A stretch of DNA of 63,941 bases, filler included, from Diploschistes diacapsis (Eukaryota), in assembly GCA_023645945.1 (NCBI GenBank). It is 4 parts of 4 records of this genome, joined end to end, with 100 filler letters (N's around TTAATTAATTAA, not from the genome) between each part and the next. Parts side by side here need not be neighbours in the genome. Positions count along the whole stretch, not along the records: positions 48,389 to 63,941 come from JALAIB010000545.1; 3 more parts are not named here. One strand, 5' to 3'. The position numbers and the translations under genes were made by a program. Below the pieces are notes generated by a model. That model did not search any database and was not told the DNA's origin. It was given only the letters and a program-made list of their open reading frames with translations. Below, piece by piece: positions 61,954 to 63,941 of this stretch; within the stretch, counting starts at the first letter, position 1, and every line of letters starts with the position of its first letter.

Positions 61954-63411
61954 ATGAAAGACATTACAACAGCCGCTGCTGTTGTTGCTTCAGCTCAGAA
62001 AATTACCTGGGGCCGGAAGAGCGAAGCAGGGGTTAATTCCAGCATCGGAGCGCTTCTCCTGGTCTTGCTAAGCCCAGCCTTGGTCTACCTGAACTGGGTT
62101 ACTCTCTATTGTTATGGTGGCTCCATAAGCGCCGTTCTGTCGGCTGTAAGATCTCAAGGCTGGGTGGCCTTAGCCTTCCACAACCCCCTTCATTTTTCGT
62201 CCGCAGCAGTCATCTCCTACGCAGCCTGGCTCCTGTGGCAAGCGCTGCTGTATGGCTATCTGCCCGGCGAACTCTGTTTCGGACAGCGTACTCCTGGTGG
62301 CCATCTCCTCAGCTATACAGCCAACGGAGTCAACGCCTGGGCTCTTACCCATTTGCTTTACCTGACGGCATCGGTCCTCGGCTTCCTTGACCCAGCAATA
62401 ATCGCTAAAAACTGGGAGGGATTGCTTGTTGCCGCCAATGCTTATGGATTTGTTCTGGCAATTATATCACAGTTGAAGGGCTACTTTGCCACTTCGTTTC
62501 CGGGAGACCGAAAAATGAGCGGTATGTGTCCGGGGTTCTCCCTGGTCTTTTTGACTAGCGCTAAGGTTTCTAGGCTCCTGGATCTTTGATTTCTGGGCAG
62601 GGGTCGAGCTGAACCCTCGATTTGGACAGTATTGGGACTTCAAGTTCTTCCACAACGGCCGTCCCGGTATTGGCGCCTGGATTCTGATGTGAGTTCTCGA
62701 CAAGACCTTTTGAAGATCCGGCTAATGCGAGTTAGCGATCTCTCCTTTGCCGCCTACCAGTACCAGTCAATCGGCTATGTCACGAGGTCGATGCTCGTGG
62801 TCATAATACTGCACACGATCTACGTTGTAGACTTCTTCTATAACGAAAGCTGGTATACTAGGACCATCGACATCAGCCATGACCACTTCGGCTTCATGCT
62901 AGCATGGGGGGACACGACCTTTCTTCCAGCCTTCTACACGCTACAGGCGCAGTATCTAGCTCAACACCCAGTTCACTTGACTCAGGTTCAAACTCTGGCA
63001 ATACTCGCTATCGGCTTGACAGGGTACTCGATATTCCGCCTCGCCAACTGCCAGCGCGACCAATTCCGCGCCAAGAACGGCCAGTGCCAAGTCTGGGGCG
63101 CGCCCGCCAAGTTCATCAACTGCACCTACCGCACCTCCGACGGCAAGGAGCACAACAGCATCCTGCTCACCTCCGGCTGGTGGGGCTTCTCCCGGCATGC
63201 GAACTACCTGGGCGACCTGATCCTGACGTGGGCCATGTGCGCGCCTTGCGGCTTCAAGAACATCCTGCCGTGGTTCTACTTCTTCTACATGGTCCTGCTG
63301 CTGAACCACAGAGCCATGAGAGACGAGCGCAGGTGCCACAACAAGTACGGCAAGCAGTGGGAGGAGTACTGTGCCATCGTGCCGTACAGGCTCATTCCCG
63401 GAGTATACTGA
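61954..63411 (+). CDS. DHCR7: 7-dehydrocholesterol reductase-type sterol delta-7 reductase (ERG4/ERG24 family)
   Basis: TWGR, GQRTPGGHLLSYTANG, GVELNPRFG..DFKFFHNGRPG, YTRTIDISHDHFGFMLAWG, LPAFYTLQAQYL, SGWWGFSRHANYLGDL, HRAMRDERRCHNKYG..WEEYC..VPYRLIPG. Introns ~62523-62575 and ~62688-62735. The NGRPG, IDI.HDHFG and YTLQ motifs favour DHCR7 over Erg24/Erg4. Confidence 0.85.
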
Positions 63412-63941
63412 GCATTGAGCGAGGTGTGGAGGGGTGGGAGTTTCTCGTCGGTCTGGTAGGAATGGAGCCGGTGCCTCTAGATTTCTTTGGGTTCTTTGGG
63501 AGTTAGGTTGGACGGTCATGAGAGATAGAAGGTATAGACTTTTCGAGTTACGTAGAATGTAATGCGGTGGATCGCTTCTCAGAGCTCCTTTTCATTCGAC
63601 AAGGAGCTCCACAATCTCTTGTGCGAACGAAGTGTCCTGCCATATGCCCAGGGAACACGCTTGCAACGTTGTCCGTCAGCATCGCCCAGGCCATCACTGT
63701 GCACAAAATTGCATATCTACCACGCCGAAAGAGACAGGTCTCAACAGGCCAGTTGCTTGATTGAAACCCTCTCCCAAAAAGAACGACCCATCAACTAAAA
63801 CAACAACGCGCTCTCGAAATGAACAACTAATGAACGAACACAGCTGCCAAGCGGCACCCCCAAACTTGCCCCTTGCAATCCCCCAACTCCCTTCACTTGT
63901 ATATATACCCTTACACCCCCGTCCCCACTCCCCTCTCGTAC

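Noticed and set aside
1..63941. tRNA, rRNA or telomeric repeats
   Set aside because: Isolated GGTTCGA-like matches (e.g. ~46191, ~48850) lack cloverleaf context, and no TTAGGG arrays were seen. A tRNAscan-SE/Infernal run would be needed to exclude small RNAs.

Overview
Fungal (filamentous ascomycete, Pezizomycotina-type) genomic DNA with short spliceosomal introns. The window is not one locus. It is four ~16-kb contigs joined by identical artificial 100-nt spacers (N44-TTAATTAATTAA-N44) at 16054-16153, 32184-32283 and 48289-48388, so nothing should be inferred across them. Contig 1 (1-16053): AT-hook protein, two tandem genes with C-terminal Zn2Cys6-like clusters (the first interrupted by stops), a PRS5-like PRPP synthetase, NAF1, ALG9 and a DUF3445 protein. 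Contig 2 (16154-32183): UPF0132-type membrane protein, seipin, NOT1 and a DUF3292 protein. Contig 3 (32284-48288): accessory DNA with AT-rich, RIP-like ends and mostly decayed genes (two BTB types, a Spok-like meiotic-driver nuclease fragment, an Mx-like dynamin, a chromodomain protein, an HNH endonuclease, a LINE remnant). The only recognisable gene there that looks intact is a two-exon gene, only partly shown in the ORF track, for a secreted prepro-protein with a C-x4-H...C-x4-H mature domain. Contig 4 (48389-63941): conserved hypothetical protein, PA-RING E3 ligase, a membrane-protein pseudogene, a TF-like gene and a DHCR7-type sterol delta-7 reductase. All family calls rest on manual translation and motif recognition; no searches were run. 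Intron and pseudogene boundaries are approximate unless stated.
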